Below are positions 24,997 through 36,027 of a stretch of DNA of 59,015 nucleotides, piece by piece. The position numbers and the translations under genes were made by a program. How positions within the stretch are numbered: position 1 is the stretch's first letter; every line of letters begins with the position of its first letter. The stretch is taken from assembly GCA_029717555.1 (NCBI GenBank), contig JAMDHS010000007.1, positions 372,001 to 431,015 on the forward strand, written 5' to 3'. This stretch comes from Peribolospora baueri. Taxonomy: Eukaryota. A model generated the notes under the pieces. It saw nothing but the letters and a program-made list of their open reading frames with translations. It was not told the DNA's origin and did no database searches.

Positions 24997-26625
24997 GTCT
25001 CCGCTTGAAGCGGTCCTTGACGACCCATTTCGCTCACCTCCAGTGGTCCCCAGGGCCAATTTCAGTCGTCCTCTCGTATGATCTGATCTGCTCCGATGAT
25101 ACGTCCGACCATACGCGAGAGGTGAAGACGCTCTGACGCAGCATGGGCGATGCCCGTCTGCCAGCTCGACCGCACTTACCCTTCACCCTCCTCGGGCGGG
25201 CATGGAAGAAGAGGATGACGGCCTGCCCGCACTTCCGACCTCGATTAACACACACACACACGCCGTCATCCTTCCAGCCCTCCCTCCACCAAATGTCCCC
25301 CCTTCTCCAGAGACGCGACGCGACGCATATCATATCGGCTAGCGATTCTTGCGTCGTCGCTCCCTCCCTCTACGACATGACATGACATGACGTGTTTAGC
25401 ATGCAACTGCCTGCCTAATGGGTGCTCGGTGCTATGTTTTCCTCTCTACGGCGATGGTCACGAGCGCAGACAACGCTCTCCCACAAACGGCGGAGAAGTC
25501 CTCTCCACGACTAACGCTAAGCGAACCACTGCTAACCATACCAAAGACAATCCGTGCGACACATCCCCTACGGGACCGCACCAGCTTCTTACCCTGGAAA
25601 AAAATTGGAAGCGCCGGCGTACGTTGGGACGGAAGGCGCTTGCCCCGCAGGTATGTGAAACGGCACGAGCCTTTCTCAGGTCGATGTTTGAACACAACTC
25701 TCGCGATTTCTGGGAAAGCGTCCTCTTCTTGCAAAGCACCTAGCCCCGAAAGAACGCAAGATAATCGACGCACTGCTTCAGGTCCGCTATTCTCCTGCTG
25801 CTGTTCGTTGACCTTGTGACCGCTATTTGTGGTCCAGCTACTGGGCAAAGGGCTTGGGGAGGAACGGAAGGAGGAGGAAGAAGGAGAGAGCGAGCTCGCA
25901 GCAGGAGATAGCGGATCTGAAGCACAAGGTCAACGAACAGAATCGACCGCTGAGAAAGAAAAAGAAAAGAGGCCCTGCTTGTAGGGCGGGGCGGGCAGCG
26001 GGGTGATATTCTCGAGTCTTCCTTCGTTCATATCGCATTCTCCAATAAAATAAAACGTAAATTAAGCGTACGGCTTCCATCTCGCTCGCTCCGATCGACC
26101 GACCGACCAACCAAACTTCCCCTCGCGTACCGGGCCACTGCGCCGAAAGGGTCCGGTTGAGAAGCGTGGGGCGGGGGGAGGGAGGGGGGCGACGGCTGCG
26201 AACGAGGTGTGAGAGAAGACGAAAAAAAAAAAAAAAAAAAAAAAAGGAGCTAGCTAAAGCGGGGAAGGACAGTGCGGAGCAAAGGAGGGGATGCGAGGAA
26301 CGAGCGGAGCGGATGGGACGCGCTGAGCAAGAAGAGGTATACGAACATGACCACTCTCAGTACGACCGGGGCGGGGGACAGGCGAACGGAATGGGGAAGG
26401 GGAGGGGGAAGGGAGAGGGAGTGAGAAAGTCGATTTGCAGTTCCGGGAGGGGGCACACGGTAGTAGGTATGGCTAGCATAATGGGGGAATGGAAGTAGGG
26501 TTCCGAAAGGACCAGGGTTACCCACCACGAGGGGGCAGAAGGGGGGGGGGGCTCTCTTTGCGAGCGGCTTTCTAGATGAACCATGAAGCGTCAAGGAAAG
26601 GAGCGATCGATAGACGTCTCCACGT

Positions 26626-29250
26626 TTAAGCGTCGGCCAAGATAGCTCCCTTGATGATGTCGGCGGCCTTCTCGGCGATACCAAAGACCATCGACTGGGT
26701 GTGCTGAGAGACGTGGAGGGGCGCGATGGAGGCGTCGGCGACGCGGAGGTTGGTGGTGCCGTACACCTTGAGGTCAGTGTCGACGACGCCGCCCTTGTTC
26801 TGAGGGAGCAGGCTGGCCGTGCCGATCGGGTGGTACTCGGTGACGAGGCTCTCCTGCGTCCACGCGAGCCAGTCCGCGTCCGAGGTCGTGTTCGAGCCTG
26901 GCAGGGTCTCAGCGACGACGAGGTTGCTCATCGGGCTAGCCTGGGAGATGTTGCGCAAGTACTTGGTTCCAGCGGCGGAAACGGACGAGTCAAAGTCGTT
27001 CTGGAGGTACTTGGGGTCGATCGCAGGCGCCTTGGTCGGGTCGCTCGAAGCGATGTGGATCGAACCGCGCTCGAGGTGGTGCTGGTAGGCGGCGAGGAAG
27101 GTGACGTAATTCTTGCCGGCCTCGGGCGCGCCCACACCGGCAAAGTAGCCGCTGACGCCGATGAGCTCCATCTGGCCGATGTTGCTGTCCTGGAGGAACT
27201 TGAGCTGTATCGCCTGACCGTCCTTGTAGGTGCTGTTGCTCGCCGCGACGAACGCCTGGGCCTTGGAGATGTAAGCCTGGGCCGTCGCGTTGCCAACAAG
27301 CTGCTGAAGGGTGAGGTAGGTGATCGTCGGTACGGCCTCATCGTACAAGCTCGGACCGCTGCTGTTCTTCCAGATGGCCAACTGCTGGGCGGCAAAGTTG
27401 GGGTCGTTGCGGAGCGAGTCGAGGGTAACGGTGCCATTCTTGAGCTCGTAAACGTTGGCAGAGTAAGTGTGGTCCTGGAGGTTCTCGCCGACGCCGGGCA
27501 GGTCGATCTTGGCGGCGATGTTGTACTGGGCCAAGAGCGACTTGTTGCCAATGCCGGAGAGCTCGAGAAGCTGGGGAGTGTTGACGCTACCGGCAGAAAG
27601 GATGACCTCCTTTTTGGCCTTGACAGTGTAGTTGTGCCCGCCGGCGATGATGTCAACGCCGGTGGCAGTGTACGTGCCGTTGACGGCCGGTGTGAGTTCG
27701 ACCTTGGTGGCGAAAGCTTGGGTGAGGACGTGCAAGTTGGGCCGAGCGGAGTTGGGCTCGTAGTAAGCCGGAGGGGAGCTGTTTACAAACAGGGACCACC
27801 GAGGGCGATAATCTATCAGTCACTTGTCGTACCGTCCAAAGAGAGCGTGACTGCTTCGTCCTCACTAGCTACGCGACTCGTTAGAGCGGCGGATGTCGCT
27901 GGGGCTCACGTTGGCGCCGATGTTGTTGCCGCTGAGAGGCTGACGAGATCGAGCGCCGAACGAGAAAAGCAAGAGGTCAATTTCGCCGCCTCGGGGCACG
28001 GCTTAGGAAAAAAAAAAAAAAAAAAAGAGAAGAAGTTTGGAGGCGCGACGCTCACGTCGTTGTTGGCAGCGATTCCGAGGCTCTTCCACGTCGGGAGCCA
28101 CGCCTTCTCGATGGGGCCCACGTAGTCCGGGAAGCTGAGCTGGACGGGACCGCTGTTGCCCATGTACTGCGGGTTGGGGTTCACGCCGACGACGTTGGTA
28201 AACTCGGGAACGGCGGTGTAGTTCTCGGCCTTCTTCATGTAAGTGTAGAGCGAGTTCCAGTTCCAACCAGGGTTGCCGAGGGCCTCCCAGGCGTCGTACT
28301 CGTCCTTGGACGCGCGGTCCCAGACGAGGAAGTTGAGCGCAGAGGAGCCGCCAAGGACGTGGCCTCGAGGCCAGCCCATGGGCTTGCTCTGAACGCCGGA
28401 CTGAGGCACGGTCGTGTACTGCCGAAGGGCAGGCGGTGAAAAGGAGAGCGTCGGATGAGCTGGATCGTCCTGCCTCGTGTATCATACGAAAGGCAGATGC
28501 GAGATAAAACGAGGACCCACGTTCCAGTCATAGATCGTGTTCAGGTCAGCGCCGAACATTCCCGGCACGTTGATCATCTCCACTCCATAGCCGCTGTGAA
28601 GGAGAGAGGCATGAGAGACGGGGGAGGAAGAAGGGCAAAAAAAAGAGGCGAAGCGAGCGCGTACGTCAACGTCAGCATCGATCGATCCATCCTAACCCTC
28701 GCGACCGCCTTGCCATCCACCGTCCCCGTGCGGAAACCGCGTCGCCTCATTCATGCGCAGGACGCCTAGAAGCACGACGCGCGCTTTCTATGCGGAAGCT
28801 GTTGCCCGTAGGAAGACAAGCCTCGCTTGTCGACACAAACGACAATGTCGACGCGCCATGCATGTTGGACATGCGTGGTGTGGGGATCCATGCCTCGCCA
28901 TGCCAAGCGTCTGACGAGGCAAAGACGAAAGGAAGGACTCACTCAGGACCAGCCTCGATCAAACCGACAGACTTGGTGGGGTCCTCGCTGAGACGGACGG
29001 CGAGGGCGACGCCAGCGGTTCCACCGCCTACGACGACGTAGTCGTAGCTGGAGGCGGCAAAGGTGGAAGCATCGGTGGTGGTGCGGCGGTGCTTCAGTTG
29101 ACCGGCGCGGTCCCAGAAGCCGTTCAGGCCGACGGTGGTCTCGGTCGCTCTGGGGACGGCGGGCTCGGTCGCGCTGGACACGGAGGCCGCGACGGACACG
29201 AGAGAGAGAAGGGGGAGGGCGAGGAGGGCGGTGAGGAAGGGGGACGGCAT
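26626..29250 (-). CDS. Secreted GMC oxidoreductase (AA3_2, glucose oxidase/dehydrogenase-like)
   Basis: Signal peptide, YDYVVVGGGTAG FAD motif, PRGHVLGGSSALN, EVILSAGSVNTPQLLELSGIG, VGENLQDH, catalytic EYHPIGT and a second His in HVSQHTQ. Confidence 0.95.
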
Positions 29251-31744
29251 GGCGGACGAGTCGCGACCGGTCAGGTAAGGGGCTTGGGAAGGAAAGGGAG
29301 GGTAGGCGGGGAGTGGGAGAGTGGAAGAAATGAAAAGGAAGGTTGAGAGAGAAAGGGGCGTGGGCGACGCTGTGGGGCTTTTAAAAGAGTGGCTGGGTCG
29401 GCGGCGAGCAGAGGGACGGGAGGAAATAAGGTAGACGGACGTGGAATAGAATGTGTGTGTGTGTGTGTACCTAGACCAAGGGGAGAAGTGGGAAGGAGGC
29501 AGAAAGGAAGTTAACCATCGGCGGCGGCGCTCTCACATATGTCCCCTCCGGCTTGGACGACCTCCGTAGAATACGTAAGCGCGACGATTCATATATGGAG
29601 CCACGTTTCCGTGCGACGGGGCACCTTAGCGGCCTGTCAGACAAGATAGATTGACCGCATGCAGAGTTTCGATTCGTGTTTGTGTTCGGGATGGAGGAGA
29701 CGGGATATGCCGGAGAGGGAGCGGAGCGGACAGGACATGGTGAGGAAAGCCTAGATTCACGTCCTTGCTTAGACCAGGAGAAGAGCGGGGACCGGAACGC
29801 GGCCGGCCGAACGAGGCGTGCGGCGGGCAGCAGAGTGAGTGGGAGATAGCGAAAGGGGGTTGTCCAGACCTAGGCGACTGTCACCGGGTCGGTAGCAGGA
29901 GCATGTTGATGCATGGAAGGGCATGGCGAAGCGAACGAAGTCAGCAACCGCGCTCTGCTCGCTCGTTCGTTCGTTCGTCGGTTAGGAGGTCGCTCGAGGT
30001 GGGGGCTGTCCCGCAGACGCAGAGGATGACAGGGAAGGGAAGAGTAAGCAAGGAATAGCAGGGCATGTAGGTGCCAAGCGACGGGCGGGCGTGGACGGAC
30101 GGCGAGCGAAGCGAAGGAGACGGACGAGTGGACGGCCTGACATGGCCTGGTGGACGGGCTGTCGAAAACAGATGCACGGACAGCAGGCGGGCGCAATGCG
30201 ACGGCAGGAACAGATGTGGTGAAGGCGGTCAGGCACATAAGGGTGAGAAAAGAAGCAGGAATCAGCTCGGGGCTCGGATGGATTTTCGCTGGTTCTGGGA
30301 CGACGAGCGGAGTGATCGAGGGCGGAAGAGGAAGAGGAATGGAAACGCCGCCTGGCGAAATGAAGAGAGGACACGGGTGCTGGTGAGCTGGCGCTGGCAC
30401 TCGCCGTTCGTTCGTCGGTTCCTTCGTACGCCCTGCTTTCTGCAGACGGGCGTGGTTGGTGGAAGAAAGAAGGGAAAGGAAAGGAAAAGGAAAAAAAAGG
30501 AGGGCGTGAGCGGCTGATCTCTGCCGCAGTCTGGCTTGTGCGACGGAAGGAGTTGCGGGCGCGGGGCGGAGGCGCAGGCGCATGACGAGCACAGCGACTT
30601 GGACATCGCTCGTCTTGTCTGTCCCAGTCGATGCGATGCGATGCGATGCGATGCGGGCTAAGGGAACCGCTGTATCTAAACATGTAGACGGCCGACTATC
30701 TTCCTAGTAGTTCTGCCTATCCCACGCGGGCGTTCGTTCGATCGTCCGACGGTGGGAGGGGCAGATGGGATGGGAGAGCAGACGGCGCGAGGGGAAGAAG
30801 GGATAATCAGATTAAAAAAGGGACCCGTCGCGTGCACAGACAGACAGACAGCGCTTCGTTCGCCTCCCCTCCATCCCTCGTCCCTCTCTCCAAAGGGAAG
30901 ACAACGACGGACGGGGCGACGGCCGAGGTGCCGATGGGAACTTGGCGCTGCTCTCTCCTCCTTCTGATTCCTCGGCCACTCCTTTCCAGTCCCACCGGCC
31001 CTGCCCGAACCGGTCGGCTCGCGGGTGACGGAGCGCACAGGGCAGGCAGGTGGGCGGGTGGGTTGGGCGGGGGCGATGTTAACTGACTATTTACTTGTAT
31101 GTATTCCGTGGACACGATCGACTTGGGGCTAAGCGAAACCCATCTGGTGCCGGGACGGAAGAAAGAAGGCAAGGAAGCGGAGGTAGACAGAGACATATTT
31201 ATAGGGAAAAAAAGAAAAAGGGGGGCTCGCTTTTGCTTCCTCCGGGTCCAGAGCCTGTTGCCCCCTTTCCAGTCCACACGCACACGGCCCACGCCGGGTT
31301 AACCATGACAGAATGACAGACAGCTCATCCATCATTCTCGCGAGAGCGCCGCAAGACGTCAAACTGCCATCCCGGCCGTCGTCGCCCAGTCAGTCCAGCT
31401 GGCGGGGCGTAAACACCATGCACCGCAGGGCTCGCTCGAGCTAGCTGGCGCAAGTGCGTGCAATTCGTCCGAACTTGCCATGTACGTATGTACTTCACCG
31501 ACTAGACCCGCATGCCCTGCACATAACGGCTTTGAGGCAAGGTGCGACGACGATGACGGCGACGGCGATGGCCTCCACGGCAGTGCGTCCCCGTCCCCGC
31601 CGGGGCAAGGGCCTACGTGGCTACAAAAAACGCCACAACAGCCCCTTGCGGTTCTTCCGTTCACCCAAACCCCGTCCGTGACTCTCCTTCCCCTGTCAAC
31701 TCTCGCCAATCCACGTCCCGCTCGCAGCCTCCCTCGCCATCTGC

Positions 31745-31772
31745 TGTTGTTGTTGTTGTTGTTGTTGTTGTT
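31745..31772 (+). repeat. (TGT)n trinucleotide repeat
   Basis: About 9 tandem TGT units. Confidence 0.85.
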
Positions 31773-32220
31773 TACCAAGAGGCGGCAATCGACGCGTCGT
31801 ACGCTGACTTTGCTTCCTCCCTCCACCTGGGCACGTCCCACGTCGCGGTGGTGGTGGGTAGTCGACGACCACCGACCGACCGACCAACCGGCGCGCATCC
31901 TGTCTGCTGGCTGAACCAAGGCGAACGAAACGGCCTCTCATCATTCACAAGGCTTGGTCCCTCCTTCACATTTCATTCAAAAACTTCAATTTAGGACTTT
32001 GGGGAAATTCGTTCTTCGTTCGTACGTACGTACGTCGTTCGGTGGAGGAGAGGAGACAAGTTCGCGACGTCTTTGTTCGCGCGATAAGAGGCCAAGGGGG
32101 TAGGAGAAATTAGATGGGCAGCAGCTAGAGAAGAAAACTGTTGTTGTGCTCGTTAAATCGAGACTGCTACGCTACGTAAGCGAAGCAAGGGGGGCCAAAA
32201 CCGAGCCGCCTCGTTCTCGC

Positions 32221-34585
32221 TCAGTTGGCCTTGACGGCGGCAGCGAGAGGCACCTCCTTGGCAGGGCCGTCGGCGCGGTAGAGGCGGTGGTCGGCGGCGC
32301 TGGTGAGAACGCCGCCGAGGCGACGGACGTCGTCCTGGATGCGCGCAATCTTCTTCTGGTTCTCCGTCGCATCAAAGGTCGTCGTCGACGCGGCGGCCTG
32401 CTGCTGCTGCTCCTCTGTCTTACCGCCGCCGGACGACGGCAGACGGCAGGCGTTGCCGAGCTCGAGCGAGGCGGGCTCGAGAGGCCACTCGAGGTACTCG
32501 TTGGTCATGTTCGGCGTAAAGTCGGCCTGCACGACGCCGAGGCGCTTGCAATATCCGGTCACCTTGTTCCAGTCCTGCCCGTCCGTCCGTCCGTCGATCG
32601 AGACGAGAAGAAGGGAAGCGGAAGCGAAGCGAAGCGTTCGTTAAGCGCGAATCTGCAAGCCGGTTCCATATGCACGCCGCGACTTACCCTGGCGACGTTG
32701 GCAAGGTCCTTGCTCATGTACGCAAAGCTGCGCTCGAAAATTTTGTCCTGCACGGCCGAGCGCATGGTCGACTTGACCGACTTGTACTCCTGCCAAGCCT
32801 CGGCGGGGTGAGCGAGGAGGTAGTCGGACGCCTTCTTGACGGCGCGCATGAACGCGCTCGTCTCCTTCGGGTGGCTCTTGAGGAAGCTCTCGTTGGCGAT
32901 GTAGACTTTGGTGGACGGTCGGAGAGGAGCGGGAGCAAAGTCAGCGCCGGCTTCGACGCTCTGCTCTTCCCTGACGTCAGTCGCATCGCACTCACGGATC
33001 GAGCAGAAGCAGCAGCATCCGAGCTCGGCCAGCTCGTCGATGCGGAGCATCTTGACGTCCTCGGCGGGGCGTCCCTGACTCTTGCACCACTGCAACGCAC
33101 ACGGAGCGAAAGAAGTGTCGGTGTACATCCTCCATTATCGAAAATGGCACGACTCGGAATGAAGAGGAGCGTCTCCCTCCACTCACCTCCTCCAACTCGA
33201 CCTGCTGCACGTTCTCAAGACCGATCCCGCAGTCGATGGTACCTTCGATGATGGCCTTGGAGACGTTCATGCCGACTCGCACGGCCGTGTAGTCCGAGGG
33301 CGTCATCCCGTAGTAACGGGTGAGCTCGTCGATCTAGCACCATAACGTGAACGCGACAGGCACAGGCGCCACCCAGCAGATACGCTTGGTGAGCTCGGCA
33401 GGTGAGAAAGGAAGCCGAAGCGAGAGCCGACGTCGACGACCACGGCAGCCCGCTTCGGCTCACCTGGATCTTTCCAAACTCTCCCACATAGCCAATGCGC
33501 TTGCCCTTCAGGCTCCTGAAGTCGGTCGTGATGCCCGACCCCTCAAGGTAAACGACGCCAGTGAAGGGCTGAAAGGGATCAGACCGAACGAAAGCGAGGA
33601 AGGAGCGAAACGAAGGACGAACACTCGAGGTCAGGCTCGGTCGCCGACCGTGGTGGTCACGGAGCAGCGGAGCGACGGAAAGAAAGGGGTACAGGAGAAA
33701 AGACAAAAAGGAGAAAAAAAAGGCCCAGGCAAGTCTTCCTCTCGACGCATGCATTAACATGATTCCGATTTTGACGGTATGGATCTCAGCCTGGCCGCTG
33801 CACTCCTTTCCTTCCTCGCCGCCCTTTGTCCTCATCGGACGGGGCGGCGGAGGGAGGGAAAGGGAACGCTGGCTAGGCACCCGCGGAAAACACGCCCGAG
33901 CTTTTTTCTCCGACAGAGAATGTAGCGATGGGTGTGGGACTGGCTGGGCGAAACGACGAACCTTTGCTTCTCCTTCTCCACGTAGCACGAAAAACCACGT
34001 GGGACGGAAGACGATAAAAAAAGGCAGATGAAATGGGATGGACGCGACGCCATGAAGGACAGCGGCCGGGTGTTCATGAGGGTCGCTCTTCATCATCTTC
34101 GAAACAAACCTCGTCCATGAGGGTACCGATCGACTTGATGGGGAAGCCGCGAGCCTTGCCAGCGATGGTGTGGATCATGGCCTTGAGGCCCATGTCGACC
34201 TTTCCGCTGCCAATGATCTAAATTGTCGGCAGAGAGTGTGTGAGCCGCGATGACTCTTTCCCTTTACTGACGCGGGTCGACAACGTCAAGCGCGAACGTG
34301 TGGTGGAAAAGCTCGCCCACCTCAGTGACATCAGAGGGGTCGTTAGGCTCTGCAAGGAGACGCGACGCCATGGAAAAGGAGAGAAAGGAAGAGGAGTCAG
34401 TCGACGAACGAACGCGAATGAGGGCGGCGAGGACGGGAGAGGATGAAGAACTTGTGGTACGCACCGAGGATGGCGACCTTGATGCCCTCCTCGGCGAAGT
34501 AGCCCTTGCTCTGAGCGAGGAAGACGGGGGCGTGGTAGGGGGTGGCGACCCAGTTGGTGAGGAAGGTGATCTTGTCCGTCGACAT
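32221..34585 (-). CDS. THI5: HMP-phosphate synthase THI5/NMT1 (thiamine pyrimidine biosynthesis)
   Basis: [30 protein letters not shown] (PLP Lys and donor His), [33 protein letters not shown] and KIFERSFAY are diagnostic THI5/NMT1 motifs. Confidence 0.97.
33724..33900 (-). promoter_or_regulatory. TPP riboswitch aptamer within THI5/NMT1 coding-region intron 33569-34109
   Basis: Minus strand reads CUCGGGCGUGUUUUCC-GCGG-GUGCCUAGCC...GGCCAGGC-UGAGA-UCCAUA-CCGU-CAAAA-UCG-GAAU-CAUG-UUAAUG-CAUG-CGU-CGA-GA-GGAAGACUUGCCUGGG. P1-P5 all pair, the UGAGA and UAAU elements are present, and the host is a thiamine biosynthesis gene. Confidence 0.9.
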
Positions 34586-36027
34586 TTCGGGAGCGGGGGA
34601 GATGGGAGGTGCGTAAGATGAGAGCCTGGGTAGGTTGGGATCGAGTTAAGATGCTAGGTTGGGATAGCAAGGCGAGGTGGAGAAAGAGGGGAAAAAGGGA
34701 AACGGCGAAGTGGTGTACGGCGGCGTTAAATACGGTCTCGGCTCGGCTCGCTTCGTCTCGTTCTCGTCGGGGTCGAACGGAAAGGAATACAGGACGGCTG
34801 GGGGAGAACGGAGGGTCGGAGTGCGGAAGCGGAAAGGGGGGAGGAAGAGTGAATCGATGAGATGATCTAATCTATCCTTCGTTCCCGCGATCGGTGATCG
34901 TGCGAGGGTAGGGGGTGCGGGGCGGCCGACGGACGACGACGTCAGTCATGTTAGTCAACCCCCGCTCGTCCGTCTGTCAGTCGCCCGGCGTCGCACCGTC
35001 GCCCTTCTCGCAAAAGACCGGCGACGACGCTCGTATGATGTAGCTCGGCACGAGCGCGCGCAAAAGACGAACGTCATGTCAGCCAGGGTTTTTTGGGGGC
35101 CACGACGCGTTCACTCGCGTCGCGGATGTGCGCATGAAGCCCGGACGAGCTGAGCCTCTGCTCCATCTCCAAGCTCAGCGCTGCTCCATATCGACAGCGA
35201 GGAGACAGACAGATAGATAGATGATCAGATCGGCGGGCGGGCGAGCGGGGATAAAATCGGGAACCTGCCGAACGGGGCAAAAGGACTTCCGAACGAACGA
35301 ACGAATGGGATTACGACCCGAGTCCCGAGTCCCGTCCACGTTCTCTTCGCAGTGCAGACGCCGCTCGCTTCAGGACCACGACATGAAGTGACGTCCTAGT
35401 TCCGATCCCCTTCGACGCCTCATCTCCATCCTGCCTTCCTCTTTCGCCGGTCTCTCTTTCTTGCGCACCGACACCGACCCGACCCGGTCGCGCGTTCTAA
35501 CCATTCCAATCAATCGTTTTACGTATACATCCGGGAAAGCGGGGCGGGGCGGGCGGGCGACGATGGGGAAGCGAGGGGCGGAGCAAGACCCGTGTGGAGT
35601 GAGGAAAGTAGCGAGGGTTTAAGGAAAGGGGGGAGGGGAAGGGAAGGGTGAATGATAGATATGCTCTAATATATAGATAGGTAGGATTCGAGAGGTAGGT
35701 AGATGAGGGAACGGAGAAAAGGAGAAGGAAAGGGGAAGACGAAGACGAAGAGGATATCTAGTCCATGGAGGAAGGAAGGAGGGAAGGAAGGAAGGAATGG
35801 CATGGAAATCGGGACATGCTAGGAGGCGATTAAAAACTTGAGCGACGTACCAAAACGGAGAACTGACTGAACAAAGAGGAAAAGAGATGCCAAAAAGTGC
35901 ACTGCAGCTTGTAGCACGGTGGTCGCGGTGACAATTTTTTTTCCCCCTCGAGACGCCGTCGACGGACGATGGCGTGACCACCGCCTCTGGCGACTGATCG
36001 ACGAGAGAGAAGGAGACGAAAGGACGC

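Noticed and set aside
24760..25136. ORFs with TTRHD/SCRVV repeats; CRISPR-like appearance
   Set aside because: These are translations of a pentanucleotide microsatellite; there are no spacers and the context is eukaryotic.
26701..28125. 474-aa plus-strand ORF
   Set aside because: It is the antisense shadow of the GC3-rich GMC oxidoreductase exons and has no recognisable motifs.
34586..35400. Second TPP aptamer in the THI5 5' region (CTGAG near 35175)
   Set aside because: No P2/P4/P5 pairing or UAAU loop could be built around it.
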